Source of the DNA: the human T2T-CHM13v2.0 reference genome, Homo sapiens
Reading direction: 5' to 3' (one strand)
NCBI RefSeq assembly: GCF_009914755.1
Contig: NC_060925.1
DNA: 64,000 bases
Each line of letters opens with the position of its first letter. Position 1 is the stretch's first letter. Both the position numbers and the translations under genes were made by a program. Below the pieces are notes generated by a model. That model made no database searches and was not told where the DNA came from. It worked only from the letters and a program-made list of their open reading frames with translations. This document shows positions 39,180-57,378 of the stretch, piece by piece.

Positions 39180-40700
39180 TGTGTCCGGAATTCGTAGGTT
39201 CTTGGTCTCACTGACTTCAAGAATGAAGCCGCGGATCGTCGTGATGAGTGTTAAAGTTCTTAAAGATGGTGTGTCTGGAGTTTGTTCCCTCTGAGGTTCA
39301 AACGTGTTTGGAGTTTCTTCCTTCTGGTGGGTTCATGGTCTCGCTGGCCTCAGGAGTGAAGCTACAGATTTTCACGGTGAGTATTACAGTTCATAAAGGC
39401 AGTGGGAACCCAAAGAGTGAGGAGCAGCAAGATTTATTGCAAAGCGCAAAAGAACAAAGCTTCCACAGTGTGGAAGGGGACCCAAGTGTGTTGCTACTGC
39501 TGGCTAGGGCAGCCTGCTTTTATTCCCTTATCTGGCCCCACCCACATCCTGCTGATTGGTCCATTTTACAGAGAGCTGATTGGTCCATTTTGACAGGGTG
39601 CTCATTGGTGCATTTACAAATCCCTGAGCTAGACACAGAGTGCTGATTGGTGCATTTACAATCCTCTAGCTAGATACAAAATTTCTCCAAGTCCTCACCA
39701 GTTTAGCTAGATACAGAGTGCTGATTGGTGCATTTACAAACCTTGAGCTAGACACAGGGTGCTGATTGGTGTGTTTACAAACCTTGAGCTAGACACAGAG
39801 TGCTGATTGGTGTGTTTACAAACCTTGAGCTAGACACAGAGTGCTGATTGGTGCATTTGCAAACCTTGAGCTAGACACAGGGTGCTGATTGGTGTATTTA
39901 CAATCCTTTAGCTAGACATAAAGGTTCTCCAAGTCCCCACCAGATTAGCTAGATACAGAGTGCTGATTGGTGTATTTACAAACCTTGAGCTAGATACAGG
40001 GTGCTGATTCGTGCATTTACAATCCTCCAGCTAGACATAAAAGTTCTCCAAGTCCCCACCCAACTCAAGAGCCCAGCTGGCTTTGCCTAGTGGGTCCCGT
40101 GCCAGGGCCACAGGCAGAGCTGCCCGCCAGTCCCGCTCTGCACATCCTGCACTCCTCAGCCCTTGGGCGGTTGATGGGACCCAGCGCTGCAGAGCAGGGG
40201 GCGGCACCCGTTGGGGAGGCTCAGGCCACGTGGGAGCCCACCGCAGGGGGAGCTTGGGCATGGTGGGCTGCAGGTCCTGAGCCCTGCCCCACGGAGAGGC
40301 GGCTGAGGCCCAGCAAGAATTCAAGCATGGCATGGGCAGGCCGGCAGTGCTGGGGGACCTGGCACCCCCTCCACAGCTGCTGGCCTGGGTGCTAAGCCCC
40401 TCACTGCCCGGGGCCAGCAGTGCTGGCCGCCACTCTAAGTGCAGGGCCCGCCGAGCCCGTGCCCACCCAGAACTCGTGCTGGCCCACGAGCCCCACGTGC
40501 AGCCCCAGTTCCCGCCTGTGCCTCTCCTTCCACACCTCCCCACAAGCAGAGGGAGCCAACTCTGGCCTTGGCCAGCCCAGAGAGGGGCCTCCACAGCACA
40601 GCGGCAGGCTGAAGGGCTCCTCAAGTGTGGCCAGAGTGGACGCCAAGGCTGAGGAGGTGCTGAGAGCAAGTGAGGGCCACCAGCACATTATCACCTCTCA
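39180..40700 (-). mobile_element. LTR12 (ERV9) solo LTR, LTR12C-like
   Basis: TG...CA ends (tgtgtccggaatt...tcacctctca), 4-bp TSD CTAC at 39176-39179 and 40701-40704, ~41-bp CCAAT tandem repeats and GC-rich U3. Confidence 0.95.
39510..40040 (-). promoter_or_regulatory. LTR12 U3 promoter/enhancer: about 10 CCAAT (NF-Y) boxes and an AATAAA TATA-like box
   Basis: Repeated gctgattggtgcatttacaaaccttgagctagacacagagt; cttttattc at ~39517-39525. Activity at this copy is not shown. Confidence 0.6.
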
Positions 40701-41436
40701 CTACTATAAGCAATTATATGCCATCAGACTGGAAAATCTAGAAGAAATGGCCAAATTCCTAGACACATACAACCTGTGAAATCTGAGCCAAGAAGAAATT
40801 CAAAACCTGAACAGACCAATAACAAGTAACAAGATTGAAGCCTTCATGGAGAGTCTCCCAGAAAAGAAAAGCCCATGACCCAATGCCTTCACTACTGAAT
40901 TTGACCAAAGATTTAAATAACGCATACCAATTCTAGTCAGACTATTCTGCAAAAATCGAGGAGGAGGGAATACTTCCAAACTCGTTCTATGAGGATGGTA
41001 TTACCCTGATACCAAAACCAGACAAAGACACATCAAAAAAAGAAAACTACAGGCCAATATCTCTGATGAATATTCATCCAAAAATTCTCAGGAAAATACT
41101 AGCAAACTGAATTCAACAATATATTAGAAAGATCCTTCATTTTGACCAAATGGGGCTTATCTCTGGGATAAAGGATGCTTCGACATAGACAAATCCATCA
41201 AATCCATCAATGTGATAACAATAGAATGAAGGACAAAAACCACATGATCATTTCAACTGATGCTGAAAAAGCATTTGATAAAATTCAACATCCCTTCATG
41301 ATAAAAACCCTCAAAAAACTGGGAATGGAAGGAAGCTACTTCAACAAAATAAAAGCCATATATGACAGACCAACAGCCAGTATCATACTGAACAGGGAAA
41401 AACTGAAATGCTTTCCTCTAAGATCTGGAAAAATGA

Positions 41437-41571
<135 letters not shown>

Positions 41572-42798
41572 TGATTTTGTATATGGAAAGACCTAAAGAC
41601 TCCATAAAAAAACTAACAAAACTGATAAACAAATTTAGTAAAGTTGCAGGATAAAAAATCAACATAAAATATCAGTAACATTTCTATATGCCAACAGTGA
41701 GAAATCTGAAAAGGAAATAAAAAAGTAGTTCCATTTACAATAAACACAAATAAAATTAAATACCTAGACATTTAAAAAAGAAGTGAAATATCTCTATAAT
41801 GAAAACTATAAAACACTGATGAAAGAAATTGAAGAAGACACACAAAAAAAGAAAAAATGTTTCATGTTCATGGATTGGAAGAATTAATATTGTTAAAATG
41901 TCCATACTACTCAAAGAAGTCCACAGATTCAATGAAATTCCTACCAAGATTTCAGGGACATTTTTTTTTACAGAAATAGAAAAAAAATCTAAAATTTATA
42001 TGGAACCACAAAAGACCCAGAATAGCCAAAGCTATCTTAAGCAAAAAGAGGAAGGAACTGGAGGAATCACACTACTCAACTTCAAATTATACTACAGAGT
42101 GATAGTAAGCAAAGCAACATGGTATTGGCATAAAAACAGAAATATAGACCAATGGAACAGGATAGAAAACCCAGAAACAAATCCACACACCTATGGTGAA
42201 CACATTTTTGACAAAGTTCCCAAGAAAACACACTGGGGAAAAGAAAGATTCCTTAGTAGATGATACTGGGAAAACTGGATATCCATATGCAGAAGAAAAC
42301 TGGATTTCTATCTCTCACCACAAATATCAAATCAAAATAGATTAAGGACTTAAATATAAGACCTCAAACTACAAAACTCCTACTAGAAAACATAGGGGAT
42401 ACTCTGCAGGACATTGTTCTGGGCAAAAATTTTGAGGCTAATACCCCACAAGCACAGGCAACCAAAGTAAAAATGGACAAATGGGATCACAACAAGTTAA
42501 AAATCTTCTGCACAGCAAAGGAAATAATCATCCTGGAAGGTTCTACAGGAAGTTTATTGTTAATTTAGGCTACCCAGTGGCTGACTGATAGATAGGGCTG
42601 AAGATGATGGTGGTGATGATGATAAACAAGGTTAAGGAGGGAACAAATATTGCCATTTAAAATAAAAGCAATAAATCACTTTTTAGGGAAAACAAGGAAA
42701 TAATTTTGTCAATCAGGTAACAGTTTGGGACATGTAAGTAGTTATACAGAGCAGACATTACAGAATTGATACATAGAAAAGAGGTCTCAAGATTTGCA

Positions 42799-43135
<337 letters not shown>

Positions 43136-43654
43136 TTATTTAAGCTCAAAATAGAGTAGGTAGCTTTATATATATATATATATGTATGTATGAAATGAGC
43201 TTAAAAAGAAGAGTCATGTAGGTAGAAGAGGGGCTTATTTAACTAGAGATGAGGTATTAATGCAGAACTTTTACATATCATTATTCCAAATATTGCTATA
43301 TGTTATGCTGATGTTCAAGATATTCTCATACTTTTTACTTTTTATAAAACATCAATTAGTTTACTACTTAAAAACATTGTTGGTAGTTCTAACTTATTTG
43401 CAAATGGTGAGAGCTTTGTAGTTTATGCCCCTATGGCCAATAAAGGATGGACTACCTATTTGGAGATATACATTAATTCTACTTTACGAATGACTTGTTC
43501 ATTGACCTTGTTAATAGAACTGTAACTTAGCTCTTATTTTCTTTGTTTCTGTGGGAGAAGGTCAAAACACAATCATTCAAGCAAAATGATTAATTAATGA
43601 GTATACATACAAATCAAGTGAAAAGTCACTAAGGAGGTAAATATGTAGATCTTC

Positions 43655-44075
43655 ATTCATTTTCACCTGCTTCCATTTATTTATTCCATAATTTTTTTGT
43701 CATATACTTACTGGATTAGTATTGGGATCTATAGCAGTGAACAAAATATACACAGATCCCTGATCTCATGCAACTAAATAGACAATAAACAGTACAAACA
43801 AAATTTATAATAACTTACATGGCAATAAATACTATGAAGAACGATTAAGCAAGAATGGGGTAGGAAGTGCAGGTCGGTTGAAGGTGCAATTTTAAAAACA
43901 AATAATGATCTGAGAAGCCCTTACTAAAATGAAGATACTTGAGTATAATCATTAAACCCATGCGGGAAAGAGATATGAGGATATATGGAGTAAGAATATT
44001 TGAAAAGGAGCATTTTAAGAGAGAACAAGCAAAAGGCACCTGAAGGGGAAGCACTTGAAGTGCTCAAGGAGAGTG
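43655..44075 (-). mobile_element. L2 fragment
   Basis: cattcatt...gatctatagcagtgaacaaaata...cctgatctcatg. Confidence 0.55.
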
Positions 44076-44748
44076 GCATCTTAATAGACTAGTGTCTCAC
44101 ACATACAATGAGTATGTCAATCAATAAAAGATAGGGTCAAATTTATCAATGAATGCTCAGTAACTTTTGGAACATTGTATCTGTTGGAAGTAAAAACCTT
44201 ACTGCTCTGTTGGAACATTGTATTGTTAAAAGTAAAAATTAAATTGAAATGAACTTTGACAAGAACAGAAAAAGAGAGAAAAAATCTATATAATCTATTT
44301 ATATCTCTCTATATACATCTACATCTATATTAATTTTATATTATATACAAAATATTAATATTTTATTTATAATATAATTACTATATTATATATGTACATA
44401 GCCTAAGTATATTACATATATATATAATATAAAATCTCAAAGATTCTGGAAGAAAAAAGTAGCCATTTGCCTTTATTTCTGCCCCATTGCCTGTACAAGG
44501 GAGACTGATGAATCAATATACTGAAGAAGTTGTTGAGTTATTTTGTTGAGTTTTCCTTTCATTTGAAGCTGCTTGTTCATATTATACTTACCATTGCCTT
44601 TCCTTAAAAATATTTGCAAAGAAAAATGAGAAGAATTCTTCAAAGGCCCACAGAGTCAAAATCCTATTATATGTCATAAAGGGAGACATATTTTGAGATT
44701 ATTTTTGGGCAGTCACGATGCTGGAAAACATTCCTTGTACATAGTAGG

Positions 44749-45137
44749 TGATTAGTTTGTTTGCATGCTGCTAATAAAGACATACCCAGGACTAGGTAAT
44801 TTATAAAGGAAAGAGGTTTAATTGACTCACAGTTTCACATGGCTGGGAGGCCTCACAATCATGGCAGAAAGCAAAGGGGAAGCAAGACACGTTTTACATG
44901 GCAACCGGCAAGAGAGAGCTTGTGCAGAGGGACTCCCATTTATAAATCATCAGATCTCGTGAGACTTATTCACTACCATGAGAACAATATGACTATATTA
45001 TTATATTATTATTATATATGTGATTATATATCATATATATCATGATTATATTAGCTCCATTTGGCCCTGCCCTTGACACATGGGGATTATTACAATTGAA
45101 GGTGAGATTTGAGTGGGGAGACAGCCAAACCATAACA
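44749..45137 (-). mobile_element. THE1/MSTA MaLR solo LTR
   Basis: aaagacataccc...gaggtttaattgactcacag...cagccaaaccataaca; 5-bp TSD gtagg at 44744-44748 and 45138-45142. Confidence 0.9.
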
Positions 45138-47192
45138 GTAGGTGATCAACATGTCTCCTTTAATGGTGAGAGCCAATCTGGAGCTAAAAAACATGCAAGT
45201 AACTTATAAATTACATATACATATGTACATATATACACATATATAACTAGTTTTATATATATACTTTTTAATATATAAATGAAACATTATTAAGAAATCT
45301 CAAGTAGTTAACATAAAAAAGGAAATAGATTATGAGTTAATATAAATAGTAACAGAGAACCCTTCCAAAGTCAAGATATGTTTATAAAATTTAAATAAGG
45401 ATTCAAGAAAAACCAATAGAAATTACATTATATTATTATCTTATAGAGTCATTTAATACACATTCATCTACAACAAAAAAAATAAATTTTAAAAAGTATT
45501 TAATAGTTATTCAATTTCATCTAAGTCATGAATTTTTTTTTCATTTAAAAGTCCTATTTGGTTTTTTTAGTCCTTGTGATCCTATTTGAACATTTTTAGT
45601 CCTTGTAATATTAAATTAAATTCAGAATACCTATTTTGTTACCTCAGAATTTCACCTCAGAAATAAGAAATACTATAATAACGTACAATAGCGCAGCATC
45701 CATGAAAAATCATCTTAGACAGGTACTATAATTGTATAAGGAACATGAACAAAAGAGGAAAGTCTTAGAGAAAATTGAGGTACTCAAAACATGTATTGTT
45801 CTCACTAATCAAATTTCAAAACAACAGATTTTACAAGAATGTTCCAAAAAGACAACGCTTTTTAGTTTTGAATTCATGGAGGCTAAAATTTTAAACAAAA
45901 GCTTGCTGACATGATTTTTATAAGCTGCCAACTATTTATGTTAGTTGAAGGCAAAAGATTTTTAAGGATTTTCAAGCAATAAATCTTATGTATACAATTC
46001 CTTTCACAAAGCATGTTACTAAAACATTTTTTCTGAATTAAAATATTTGGCTTTGCACAAAAAGTGAATGATATTCTTACATGCACCATTTGAAAATAAG
46101 AGTATATTTGGTATTCCAATGGACAGTATAGCCATCATGGAGGAAATTAGCCACTTACAAATAAGAGAAATACAAAATAATCGTTCTACACTATGTTTTC
46201 TAACTTTAAAATTTGGCTGATATAATTTCCAAGTGAAATAGAATTCATGCTTAACTTTAATTTATTTATTCTTCAACAATGGAAGTTCATTAGTCGTATT
46301 CTAAGATTCTAAATTTGTGTGTATGTGATTGAATAAACTGCTAAAAAAATCATTAAAATCTCTTCTCTGGTGATTCTATTCTATCAGTATAACAGCATGA
46401 TTTAACACCACTGGGAATGGGGAGGTGGAATAGAGTACAGATTTTATTTGTATCCAGGTACTGGCATTTTTTAGCAAATATCAAAAAACCTCTTAAAAAC
46501 CTCTCACTTATCTATAATTTATTTATCAACATTTTTATTTCCAATTATCTTATTTGCCTATTTTACTCAAGTTTTGTTTCTTCCAGTTCACCTAAATGAC
46601 ACTTCTCAAGCCACCAATGACTTCTGCCTTACAAATTCAAAGGTCAATTTTCTGCCTTGTGTCCTTTGAATTATCAACACCATATGACACAGTCAACTAT
46701 TTCAAACTACTGGAATGATTTTGTTCAAACTATCTTGGAATTCCAGCATTTACATAACTTTCCTTCAACTTTTTGGATGATGTTACCTTCTTTTTTTGTT
46801 AGCTCCCTTTTCTGGCTAGGAGGTTGTCATATTTACTCTGTTCTCAAAAGTCTCTAGTTATTATCATCTTTCTAGTTGATTTCATGCAGTCATACGAAAT
46901 TAAATGATATTTAGGTCCTGAAGACTTCTAGAATAACATCTCCTACCCTGAATTTTTCTCCTCCCCAACACCAGCAAATTCAAAGATTCAACTATGTTAA
47001 CATCACTGTTAGAATGCTGAACAGTCTGCTGAAAATGAACATTTCCCAGATAGAATATATTAGTTTATTCTCTGGACTGTCAAGCTTCCAAATGTCCTGA
47101 GTACATGGCAGTACCATCAACACAGCTGCTCAAGCCAAAAATGTAAGAGTGTTTTTTAAATCTTTCTTTCTACCACCTACATGAACAATATA

Positions 47193-48569
<1,377 letters not shown>

Positions 48570-48726
48570 TATCAATAATTTCTACATCTTTCCTACATCT
48601 CTACTCTTCAATTCTATACGCTATGATCTTTCACTTACAGCAGGAATATTCCATTATGTAATTTCCTTAGTTTCATCATTCTTTACACAGCAGCCAAAAT
48701 AATCATTTTAGAAAGTAAATAAAACT

Positions 48727-49190
48727 TGCGTTAGTTTTGTTCTCATGAGAAGCAGACCCTAGACAAATAAAATCATGTGTGAGAATCTTATTTTGGAAGC
48801 AAAGCAATGTATGGAATAGGAGTGGGGAAGTTAAAAAAAAAAAAAAAAAGGAAAGGAGGTAGCCAGTAAAGGATGTGTTATCAAGCCAGCTACCTCCATG
48901 GATTATTAAAGCTTAATGCCCCCAAAGAAACTCTGGATAATGGCTCCTTGGAGTTATCCCACCAGAAGGGTGAGGGAGCTGGGGTATTTATATGCAGCAG
49001 TCACTGCCTGAGGGTTGCCTTAGGTGTGTGAATTTCCAGCACTTTTGCCTTCTTGTGTGAGGGCAAACCAATGTTCCAAAGCTTCAGAGAAAGCCTTAGG
49101 CAAAGAGATGTATCTATAGATACTAGCCATAAGAAGTCAGCTGAAGAATATTTAAGTGGTCAGATCCAATGGAGATGAACAGGACACATA
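48727..49190 (-). mobile_element. LTR16C-like ERVL LTR
   Basis: agaagcagacccta...aggagtggggaag...gccagtaaaggatgtgttatcaagc...gaaactctgg. Confidence 0.6.
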
Positions 49191-49896
49191 AGCCATTATT
49201 TTCTTTCTTAAAACACTGCAAAGGTTTCTTATTTCATTTTAAAAAAGATCTCAGCTTCTCACCATAGTGTAATGGCCAACTTGGTGCTCTTTTATATGCT
49301 GAGGTTACCCACTGCAATGCTTTACTGAAGTGGGTTTTCTGCATGCACTCTTCCTCTAGACCATTACCTAGCATGCTCCTTCTCATCATTCAGGGTTCAG
49401 CTCTCATAACACTTTATCAGTGAAGCATCTCATACCTACCCTAATGAACTAGCATAGCCACCAATACTACACTGGCACACTCCTTTTTCATTCTACTTAT
49501 CTTTTTTTTAAAGTCTTTATGATAATCTCAATATCTATTTATCTTATTTAAAATGGACTGAATCTTGCATGGAAGTGTAGGCCTCATGAGAAAAAAGAAT
49601 TTAGTTCTGCATTATATCCCTAGCATTTTGAACAAAGCCTCGTATGTAGTAGCTGCCCTAAAAAATTATTGAACAGTTATTTTGATTATTTAATTCAATG
49701 TAGGACTTAACTCATTTTTTCAGTTTTCTTCATTTTTTGGTCATTGTTTCCCTAGCACACAATATGTATTTGAAATTTTGGAACAGATCATCTGAGTTCA
49801 AATAGCTCCATATTTATGAGCTATGAACTTTAGACAAGTTATCTGACCTCTTTTTGTAGTCCTTGCTTTATTGTTGTTGTATTTAAATGTGCTGAC

Positions 49897-51258
49897 ATAT
49901 ATATCATATATGATATATCGATGATATATATACATATATATCATATATGATATATCGATGATATATATACATATATATCATATATGATATATCGATGATA
50001 TATATCATATATGATATATCAATGATATATATACATATATATCACATATGATAGATGATATATATACATATATATCACATGATAGATGATATATATACAT
50101 ATATATCACATGATAGATGATATATATACATATATATCACATATGATAGATGATATATATACATATATATCACATATGATAGATGATACATATACATATA
50201 TATCACATATGATAGATGATACATATACATATATATCACATATGATAGATGATACATATACATATATATCACATATGATAGATGATACATATACATATAT
50301 ATCACATATGATAGATGATACATATACATATATATCACATATGATAGATGATACATATACATATATATCACATATGATAGATGATACATATACATATATA
50401 TCACATATGATAGATGATACATATACATATATATCACATATGATAGATGATACATATACATATATATCACATATGATAGATAGATGATACATATACATAT
50501 ATATCACATATGATAGATGATATATATACATATATATCACATATGATAGATGATACATATACATATATATCACATATGATAGATGATACATATACATATA
50601 TATCACATATGATAGATGATACATATACATATATATCACATATGATAGATAGATGATACATATACATATATATCACATATGATAGATGATACATATACAT
50701 ATATATCACATATGATAGATGATACATATACATATATCACATATGATAGATGATACATATACATATATCACATATGATAGATGATACATATACATATATC
50801 ACATATGATAGATGATACATATACATATATATCACATATGATATATAGATACATATACATATATATCACATATGTTATATAGATACATATACATATATAT
50901 CACATATGATATATAGATACATATACATATATATCACATATGATATATAGATACATATACATATATATCACATATGATATATAGATGATACATACATATA
51001 TATCACATATATATAGATGATACATACATATATATCACATATATATAGATGATACATATACATATATATCACATATGATATATAGATGATACATATACAT
51101 ATATATCACATATGATATATAGATGATACATATACATATATATTACATATGACATATAGATGTATATATATACATATCATATATATGATACATATATGTA
51201 TATATATACATATATATGTATATATGATATATATGTGTGTGTATATATATATATGATG
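49897..51258. repeat. AT-rich minisatellite with ~33-bp unit, embedded in a MIR
   Basis: Unit atatgatagatgatacatatacatatatatcac with length variants; produces the 11-aa periodic ORFs; MIR-like flanks at ~49785-49870 and ~51258-51312. Confidence 0.95.
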
Positions 51259-51387
51259 ATTCAGATAGTACCTGGCAAATAGTACTACACAAGTGTTAAC
51301 CATTAGCTATTTTTTTCCAATAGACATTATTAAGGATTATATCCAAATATACCTTTTAGATCTAAAACTGAATTAAAACTTTGTTTA

Positions 51388-51705
<318 letters not shown>

Positions 51706-51729
51706 TTAAAACTTTGTTTAATGTTTCCA

Positions 51730-51915
51730 GAGTGGAAAGAGTAACTTAACAGCTTTAGAACCTGAATCAGGAATGTTCTACTTAGTAGCCTGTGACTAAT
51801 TTCCCTTCTTGAAACTTCCTTTTTAATCCAAAATGGGGATAATAGTGCATATGATTTAGAGTTGTCTTGGAATAAATAAGAAGTATGTAAAACACATGGC
51901 ATGTAGAAGTTGTAT
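51730..51915 (+). mobile_element. MIR
   Basis: cttagtagcctgtgac...aaaatggggataatagtgc...atgtaaaacacatggcatgtag. Confidence 0.6.
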
Positions 51916-53629
51916 CCCACAGTATTGGTTTTTTTTGCCCCTCTCTCACTGCCATTAACTATTTGTATGATTTTAGAAAACTTACCCGAGGATCACATGA
52001 AATAATCGGAGTGAGGGAGAGGGTTCTTAAAATTGTTAATATGTCTTTCTAACTGAAAAGAAAAGAAAGCAGGGACACAGGGTCCTAATAAGTGAGGAAA
52101 ATGTTTTTGAAAAGTCTTGATGCACATTTATATATTAAAATCTCTTGTAAGTCTGTGGGTAGAAAGCAAAAACAAAGAAACTAATGATTAACTTTTTCTT
52201 TAGGTTAATTTCACCCAACATAAATTCACAATGAAACAGCCTTTGGTCACTGCAAATCTACCAAGATCGTTGGAAACATTGGAGCTTTCTGCAAGATCTA
52301 AAACTCTTCCTGTTTTAGTTTCTGAAATTTCATAACTTTTCTTTTTCTATTAGTGCTATAAAGTTTATATCACTTTTAAACCGGTTAGGAGTCCAAGAGT
52401 TATAAAGCTTCATCCCAACACTTTCTACGTTTTGAGCATGATTCATTTTAGCTGTGTTCTTTCCTATTGCTGACACAGGCCTTCCTTCCTTATTACATTG
52501 TATCCTTTTTCATCCTACCTTCTAAACCCTTTTATGCTGTAGTTCTGTATCTCTACTTTCAAAAAATATTATCTTCTCATTTTCGATATTATACAGATCA
52601 AAATATGCAGGGAATATGGGCAATTCCATAACTGACATCCAAAGGGAAAGAAAAATGCTAATTATTTCTAATCATCCTATACTGGCATAAGAGAATTATA
52701 AAGAAAATTAAAAGATTTAAACATTTCAGAAACAAAAATGGCATATGAACTAGATTTTTTCCAGTTTTTTGCATGAATTATTTTTTCCTCATTACCAGTA
52801 GTTAAGGGGCATGCAAGTCCTCCTACAATAAGTTATATTAAGATCTTCTCAATCTGGTAATCAAATTATGCCAAATTTTGCAGTGGTCCATTTTATGTAA
52901 AAACATCATAATTAAATATCTCTTGCAATGTACATAGAAGAGTTTTTCTTGCCAATACATTGCAGAAAACTAGAATGGAGATAATTAGAGGAGGAGCTAT
53001 TTAGTAAGAAACAACAACCAAAAAAAAAAAAAAAAAATAGGATCTTAATCCATGAAATCAGTCTTAAAATCAAGTATAAATCTCACCCTAGAAAAATCTA
53101 ATTTTTATCTGCTTTTTAAAATATCTCCATGGCTGCAATTGTTGGTAGTTTTTATAATCCTTGGACTCCTAACCAGCAAGAATATTCTTAGGAGTTGAGG
53201 AAAGGATAGGATACATCAAAACAAAGATGGTCAGATGCTATTAGTGGTCATTCTAATTCCGGCTGACCTATCTTGAAGGACAATTTGGCATTTCTTATTC
53301 CAAAGGCTACTTCATGTTAATTTTCATGGAACCAACCCATTCTGATCTCTTGAACCTTTCTTAATCATCCATCCCCTCTATTTCTTCTACTCAGAACCTC
53401 TTCTTTTTCCCTGGAATTGACTTAAAATCCCTACTTGAATCGTTCTCATGAAACCCCATTTTACACTGCATTTTCTCCCACTGGCTGTATAAATAATCTA
53501 ATAAGACATGTGTATGTAGTTTGTAAGAATATTATTAGCAGTGTTTCACTAATTCTGAGAAGTGTATATAATCATTTACCACATTTTACAGTAGAATCTT
53601 TGGGGTTCCAGTGAGAATGTGCACAAAAA

Positions 53630-54478
53630 AGTCCAGCTTTGTGGGCATCCAACCTGGGCATTGCATGAAGTCCTGTGTTCAGAAGGGCCTTGTGCTTAGT
53701 TTATGCTTAGTTTAGTGTCACTGCTTTGAAATTCTTAATAATCTTATCTTTGAACCTGTGTTTTATAAGTAAAGCCTGATGGCACAACACATTTGAGAAG
53801 AGGAGGTGCACACATTTTGGTATCCAAGCCATGCTTTGTCACACCATTGGCATATAGTTGTTCCAGTGCCCCACCAAGATCTCGAAATTCTGGTGGATCT
53901 ATGATGCATGGGAATTCAGCAAGATTCAAAATGAGTAGAAATTAAGTATATCACATCCATGAAAGAGTAAGTGAAGAAAATGTCAGCCCCAAGAGGTCAC
54001 ACTGCCCATTGAAACAAGGATTTTCTTCAAGTGCAGAAAGAAAGCAATGGTATTCTAAGAACCATGGATGACAAATAAATCCTATCATACTCTATTTTTA
54101 CTCATATTACCTCCCTCTATTAGCCAGACACGTATGTGGGCATTGATAGTGAGAAAAGGGAAATAGACCAATAACTCCATTTCCTTTCACCCTTTTCCTA
54201 CTCCACAGTGAGTCACCGGTAGAAGGTTTTCATAGAATACACATGCGTTAAGAAGTAAAATGTAAACAGATGAATTTATTTTGTGCAGAATATCCACTAT
54301 TGTGGTGAGAATAAAATATGTATGTATATATGAGCTACAAAATATAAATTATATAATTTTGGTGAGTCTGTATATTAAATGCTTTTATATTTGCATCTAA
54401 AACTGACATTTTTCATAATGATGAATGATAATTATGCTAATAATTTAAAATTTTAATTTTCCTATATGTAGAATAATA
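53630..54478. mobile_element. MER45B-like hAT-Tip100 DNA transposon
   Basis: tcagaagggccttgtgcttagttt...ttgaaattcttaataatcttatctttgaacctgtgtttt. Confidence 0.65.
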
Positions 54479-54479
54479 G

Positions 54480-56520
<2,041 letters not shown>

Positions 56521-56759
56521 TGCACACATACAATTATATAACCATTAAGTAGATATCAGATATTTAATAGTCTCAGGGCTTTTTATCACACTGAAAAATT
56601 GGGAAGAATTTTAAAAATTCAAGTTTGAAAAATAACACCTTTTTTTCAACATAGGAAGGCCTTGATCCAATAGAATTCAATCAAACTGAATCCTGAACTA
56701 GTGAAAAATTATTTGGCTTATCTTAAACTTTAGAAGAACGTTATAAAATATAGGAAAAG

Positions 56760-56795
56760 GTGTGTGTGTGTGTGTGTGTATGTGTGTGTGTGTGT
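56760..56795. repeat. (TG)n microsatellite
   Basis: Direct reading. Confidence 0.9.
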
Positions 56796-57223
56796 TTCAT
56801 AGAAATTTTAAGCTTCCTGTCTCCGTCTTGGAGTGAGTCAAATTTGTGTTAATCTTTATATCTACCTTTCCAGGACAATACAATATTGAGAACTTAGTTT
56901 CAGAATGAGATCCCCTCCAGGTGCTATCAGATACTCAATTATCAGCGAGATTCAATTATCGTTACCCATGTTTTACTAATATTAAAGTAGTAAATGAACT
57001 AATGCATTTGAGAAAGAAAAGAATTTTGACAACATTTTAAAGGAGTAGAATTCACTTGTAAAATGTAGTTGTTAAAAAAATACAATTAACCAGAACCAAT
57101 TCTGGTTGATCAGAGAGTTAGTTACTACAATGGAATTAAATTCTATTATGTCTAAATTCGTTTCTCCATGAAAGAAGCCTACAGAATTTTTAATAAAGGG
57201 ACCTTATATAAAACGTAAATCAT

Positions 57224-57378
57224 GGCTGGGCATGGTGGCCTGCTCCTGTAGTCCTCATCTACTGGGAAGGCTAAGGCAAGAGGATCCCTTGAATGCAGGA
57301 ACTCAAGGCTGCCTTTAGCTATGATCATGTTACCACATTGTAGCCTGGGCAACAGGGTGAGACCCTCTCTCTAAAAAA
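57224..57378 (+). mobile_element. Free Alu monomer (FRAM / AluJ right arm)
   Basis: ggctggggcatggtggcc...gcctgggcaacagggtgagaccct + A tail. Confidence 0.8.

Noticed and set aside
40031-40779. Overlapping 100-212-aa ORFs / CpG-island gene
   Set aside because: They lie almost entirely within the GC-rich U3 of LTR12, which is stop-poor by composition.
50075-50733. Periodic 11-aa ORFs or a CRISPR-like array
   Set aside because: 33-bp tandem units with no unique spacers; eukaryotic minisatellite.
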